Shown in pieces: positions 61,201 through 64,000 of a stretch of DNA of 64,000 nt (position 1 is its first letter; each line of letters begins with the position of its first letter). This DNA is from Bugula neritina (lineage: Eukaryota; Animalia; Bryozoa): contig OZ037768.1 of NCBI GenBank assembly GCA_964035545.1, positions 5,364,741 to 5,428,740 on the forward strand, written 5' to 3'. Position numbers and translations under genes: made by a program. The notes under the pieces are model-generated. The model saw only the letters and a program-made list of their open reading frames with translations. It had not been told where the DNA came from and ran no database searches.

Positions 61201-63965
61201 CAAGCAACAGATGATCTGTTTGACTGGAGTCTGGGTAAAGGAGACACACAGACTCTGCAGACGGGACCAGTCAGTGATCACACTCTTCAAAACGGTGAGT
61301 TGCCTTCTCTTACAGGGTACATCTATAAGTACAGTATATGAGACACTACATCCCGCCACCCGTGCAGGACCACGGCGGTGAAAGGTAACCACCATATGAG
61401 TCACTACATCTTCACAGTATGCTGAGTACAAGCAAATCTTTAGCTGATATTATTTTATTTTATTATTTATGCCAGAGATTTGAACTCATGATGAAAGTGT
61501 AAAACACACGTTACGCTTTATTGTATAAGCAAGGGTATATGCTGTGCCTAATGTATGTACTAGCTGTGTGTACTAACAGTGCAAAGTACTATCTACTAGT
61601 GTACATGTATACCAACTGTGTATGTGCCTGTATAGCTGTGTATACTAACTATCTATACAAACAACATGTATACCAACCAAGTATTTTTTTTCAGGAAATG
61701 GCCAATACGCATACATTGAAGCATCTACACCCCGTAGAGCTAACGATACTGCTAGGTTGGAATCTGTTATGTTGGGTAGTACACCTGGTACCTGCGTTTC
61801 CTTCTACTATCATATGTACGGTACGGATATACATACCCTTACACTCTACTCAAGAGCTCAAGGAACCAAGGTTAGGAAATTATTATATTATAAACAACTT
61901 TCAATTCATTTCATCTTATTGTTTTCCAAATTCCATTATAGGAAAATATCATCGATTCAGTTTGTTGTTTACATGTCATTTCCTGTGGTCAGAAAGTTAC
62001 GTGAAATTCAAACCTATACATTAGAATTAGTTTAAAAAATCATATCAGCTTGATATAGGTCACATGTTGATAAATTTCATTCTCAACTCTATATGCAATA
62101 TAGACTCTCTCATTGGAATGGACATTATCCGGTACTCAAGGAAATGCGTGGATTAATGCTAAAGTGAATATTGTCAGCACACGCCCGTACCAGGTGAGTC
62201 GCTACACAGAAGCACGCTCAATGATTCACGTAAAATTCTAAATGAAGCTGATTGTTTTTACTTTAATAATGACTAAAAGTATGTTTATGGGCCCGAAATA
62301 CATGCTGGTTTTATACATTTCAGCTTGTGTTTGAGGCATTACGGGGTACAAACTACAGAGGTGACATATCCATTGATGATATCCAGGTTTCTTACAGCCC
62401 ATGCAAAGCATCTGCTGGTAAGAGTTGTAGTCCGCCATCACTTTAAAATTACTTGTTCATTAGTTGCAAAAGTTTTGAGCTTTACACACTACACAAGCCC
62501 ATATGTGCTGGGCAGTGGTGTATTGTAGACATATCTGTAGGTGAATTTATTATTTTACATTTTATTCTTTCTGTAGCTGTATTCTTTTGCTTTTTAAAAA
62601 CAGTTCTCAACCCAGTAACCTTTGCAGAAAGACTTTTTTATGAGAATTGCTTATTAAGTCCTTTTCTTTATATAAACCATTGTTTATATTCTATATTACA
62701 AGTAAGTGACTGTTGAATATTTACGTTATACTAACACTTGTCTTACTTTCTTTATGACACTTGCATGAGAGACAGATATTTTAAAAAAATATACCAGAAA
62801 AGTCACCAATATCATCCAAATAATCAAACCCAGCTTTGAGTTCCTCTATGCCAGGCAGTAACAGTGGAATTCCCGATTTTAGGAGCAACACATAGTTCTG
62901 TAGTAATGTTTTGCTTTTTGTTCAAGAGAGTTCCGTATTCTATTTACAGCACTGAGCTGTGACTTTGAGGATGCCGCTATCTGTGGATACACTCAGAATA
63001 ACGGTGATGATGATTTTGATTGGACGAGGAATAACAGAACTACATCATCAGGTTCTACTGGTCCCTTTGCTGATCACACGTATGGCTCTTTCAATGGTAG
63101 GTTTGTGTGGTGACTTGATACTAACCACATATTTGAGTACTCATACATATGCACATATCTTGTTAGTAGCGTTTACATCACCTATTAGATTGAGCTCAAG
63201 AATTCTGTTTAAGTCATAATTGTGTATGAGTGCATTGGTAGCTAGATGATACCTCAGGTTTTCTAAAGACTATACATTCTATTATATGCAACGAATGTTA
63301 AACACAGTCGTATAACATTGAGTAGAAACGTGTTGTACACAGTTTGCTATCACAAAAGTTAGTTCTTATCTTTCCATGCAGTTAAATGAACTTCCAACTT
63401 TAATGCTATTTTTATTTCAACTGCTGGAGATATATTTGCCTTATTAGGTCACTACATGTACATCGAGTCAAGCTCACCTCGAGTGCAAGGGGATAGAGCT
63501 TACCTGCTAACACCTGCTCTTACAGCCGCTAAAGCCAAATGTATAACCTTCTGGTATCACATGTATGGGTCAACCATTCAGTCATTAAATGTGTATATTA
63601 AGGTGAGAGTACCAGCTTCAGCATCAGATTGTACAGGAAATTTCCTCATTGTTTACATCCAGTTTTATATGTGAATTTGTAGTAATAATATTTTGGTTGG
63701 TGCGGTATATTTCAAGCTAAAGTTAACTCAGATTCTATAATGTGATGCACCATCACTTTGTTTCAGTCTGGACAGGGCAATCAGACTATCTGGACAAAGT
63801 CGTATAACCAAGGAAATCAGTGGCTGAAAGCACAAGTCTCACTACAATCCGCTCCTCAGTCTTCACCATTCAACATCCTGTTTGAAGGTATAGCGGGACC
63901 GGGGTACACTGGAGATATCGCTATTGATGATGTCAGCATTGACGCTCAGTCATGCACGTCTCCCG
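17439..63965 (+). CDS. Giant multi-MAM-domain secretory-pathway protein (MAM and LDL-receptor class A domain-containing protein / MALRD1-like family); 29 MAM domains in the window; 3'-partial
   Basis: Exon 1 at 17439-17475 ([13 protein letters not shown], signal peptide) splices to 18125-18289 ([20 protein letters not shown]...DHT), then 19527-19666, 20208-20333 and so on. About 97 exons were traced by hand with compatible phases up to 63767-63965, which ends at a GT donor, so the gene continues past the window. Repeats carry the MAM hallmarks Cx[30 protein letters not shown] and GDIAIDD. Approximate domain starts: 18157, 21996, 23463, 25838, 27412, 28915, 30288, 31948, 33218, 34660, 36115, 37268, 38940, 39944, 41337, 43353, 45298, 46566, 47971, 49178, 50536, 52391, 54079, 55263, 56887, 58383, 59484, 61168, 62958. 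Confidence 0.93.
18629..18783. promoter_or_regulatory. Candidate intronic enhancer (GATA-motif cluster) in intron 2 of the MAM gene
   Basis: Six WGATAR sites at 18649, 18667, 18706, 18715, 18759 and 18778, within a locally GC/CpG-richer island. Confidence 0.4.
20933..21224. repeat. 145-bp direct tandem duplication overlapping the left end of a fold-back element
   Basis: The string tgtaaatactgtataaac...cctaaacaataa occurs at 20933 and 21078 with few mismatches. Confidence 0.9.
21132..21773. mobile_element. Fold-back / MITE-like element of about 640 bp with inverted arms of about 320 bp
   Basis: The left arm tgagacacttcacttatggagtattaaaacattc... is the reverse complement of the right arm ...gaatgttttaatactccataggtgaagtgtctca. 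Complementarity continues to a centre at about 21452-21476. No clear TSD. Confidence 0.85.
22160..22295. repeat. (TA)n microsatellite
   Basis: About 135 bp of nearly pure TA. Confidence 0.98.
24659..25080. mobile_element. Palindromic MITE of about 420 bp with GGG...CCC termini and a 4-bp TCAT target-site duplication
   Basis: Boundaries read TCAT|gggtcattttacttgatttagtaca ... tgtactaaattaagtaaaatgaccc|TCAT. The arms pair, with divergence, up to a central gaccgttac/gtaacggtc hairpin near 24857-24883. Confidence 0.85.
25965..26300. repeat. Compound (TAG)n / TATACATAGTAGTAG simple repeat
   Basis: Directly visible; source of the Thr/Tyr-rich minus-strand ORFs. Confidence 0.92.
27620..27762. repeat. 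Degenerate (TAT/TATAT) low-complexity repeat
   Basis: Visible tattatatta units running almost to the splice acceptor. Confidence 0.8.
30490..30750. repeat. Degenerate (ACACTT/ACATTT)n hexamer repeat
   Basis: Visible acttac/acatat units; source of the His/Leu/Thr-rich ORFs. Confidence 0.85.
36742..36958 (+). mobile_element. tRNA-derived SINE of about 217 bp with a 16-bp target-site duplication
   Basis: A-box-like TGGTCTAGGGG and B-box-like GGTTTGAACCC in the head. Flanked by TTCTGTAAGCATTATA at 36726-36741 and 36959-36974. Related copies lie at about 37627-37825 and, inverted, at 40691-40756. Confidence 0.85.
37627..37825 (+). mobile_element. Diverged second copy of the same SINE family
   Basis: Shares ggtgatgttagg.agagca.cca, ccacata.gaataagtc.tta and acagggat.g.ga with the 36742 element. 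Confidence 0.75.
40691..40756 (-). mobile_element. 5'-truncated inverted fragment of the SINE 3' end
   Basis: The reverse complement contains cagggatggtgactataaa, matching cagggatggcgactataaa in the 36742 element. Confidence 0.65.
44067..44138 (+). mobile_element. tRNA-like fragment (SINE head or tRNA pseudogene)
   Basis: A-box-like TGATGTAATGGTT and B-box AGTTCGAATC at tRNA spacing, but the T-stem and acceptor stem are mismatched, so it is not called a functional tRNA. Confidence 0.6.
49810..49942 (+). other. Non-canonical GC-AG intron in the MAM gene (MAM20)
   Basis: The donor CAG|GCAAGT joined to the ttcag acceptor gives in-frame ...PSYQ|[19 protein letters not shown]. This matches the YQ|(I/V)xFE phase-0 intron seen in other repeats; no in-frame GT donor exists before the TGA at 49828. 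Confidence 0.85.
50764..51262. repeat. (ATTGT/ATTGC/ACTGT)n pentanucleotide repeat, about 500 bp
   Basis: Directly visible; runs up to the acceptor at 51264; source of the Cys/Ile/Tyr-rich ORFs in three frames. Confidence 0.95.
52497..52745. repeat. Minisatellite of about 41 bp (ATTATGTAGCCTCAGT...AGTAGCATTAGTCCTCCAT)
   Basis: About 6 tandem copies beginning just after the donor at 52488. Confidence 0.9.
54577..54716 (+). repeat. 38-bp tandem repeat copying a MAM23 exon/intron donor junction
   Basis: Unit GGGTACTGGAAACCTTACAGTAAGTAGGGGTATGAGTA, about 3.7 copies; GTRAGT donors at 54596 (used), 54634, 54672 and 54710. Confidence 0.92.
57025..57305. repeat. AT-rich low-complexity tract
   Basis: Nearly all A/T with tatat/atatt units; a similar tract lies at about 57985-58170. 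Confidence 0.75.
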
Positions 63966-64000
63966 GTGAGTGTCTGTAATATTATTGGCTTTCTATGCCA

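Noticed and set aside
17439-63965. Tandem cluster of separate MAM genes or pseudogenes; gene symbol MALRD1
   Set aside because: Exon phases link continuously with no internal stop or second signal peptide found, so it is treated as one gene. The symbol is withheld because no LDLa, EGF or TM region is visible and orthology is untested.

Overview
AT-rich, intron-dense animal genomic DNA. It looks like an invertebrate, but the taxon cannot be fixed from sequence alone. Three protein-coding genes can be spliced together by hand with consistent intron phases. (1) DNAJC10/ERdj5 on + (1312-10315, 18 coding exons, about 789 aa): signal peptide, J domain with HPD, four CxxC thioredoxin sites and a C-terminal KDEL. 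(2) A synaptotagmin-15-like tandem C2 gene on - (14476-10802, 8 coding exons, about 408 aa). The ORF track almost misses it, and it appears to have an N-terminal five-cysteine string in place of a transmembrane helix. (3) A giant signal-peptide-bearing MAM-repeat protein on + (17439 to beyond the window end, about 97 exons, 29 MAM domains here). It has a period-3 super-repeat of MAM-MAM-MAM followed by a Thr/Pro/Ser mucin-like linker, and no LDLa modules are visible. The introns hold two long fold-back elements, a tRNA-derived SINE family, many micro- and minisatellites, and several tandem duplications that copy the splice sites themselves. Exon models are manual and were not checked against transcripts.
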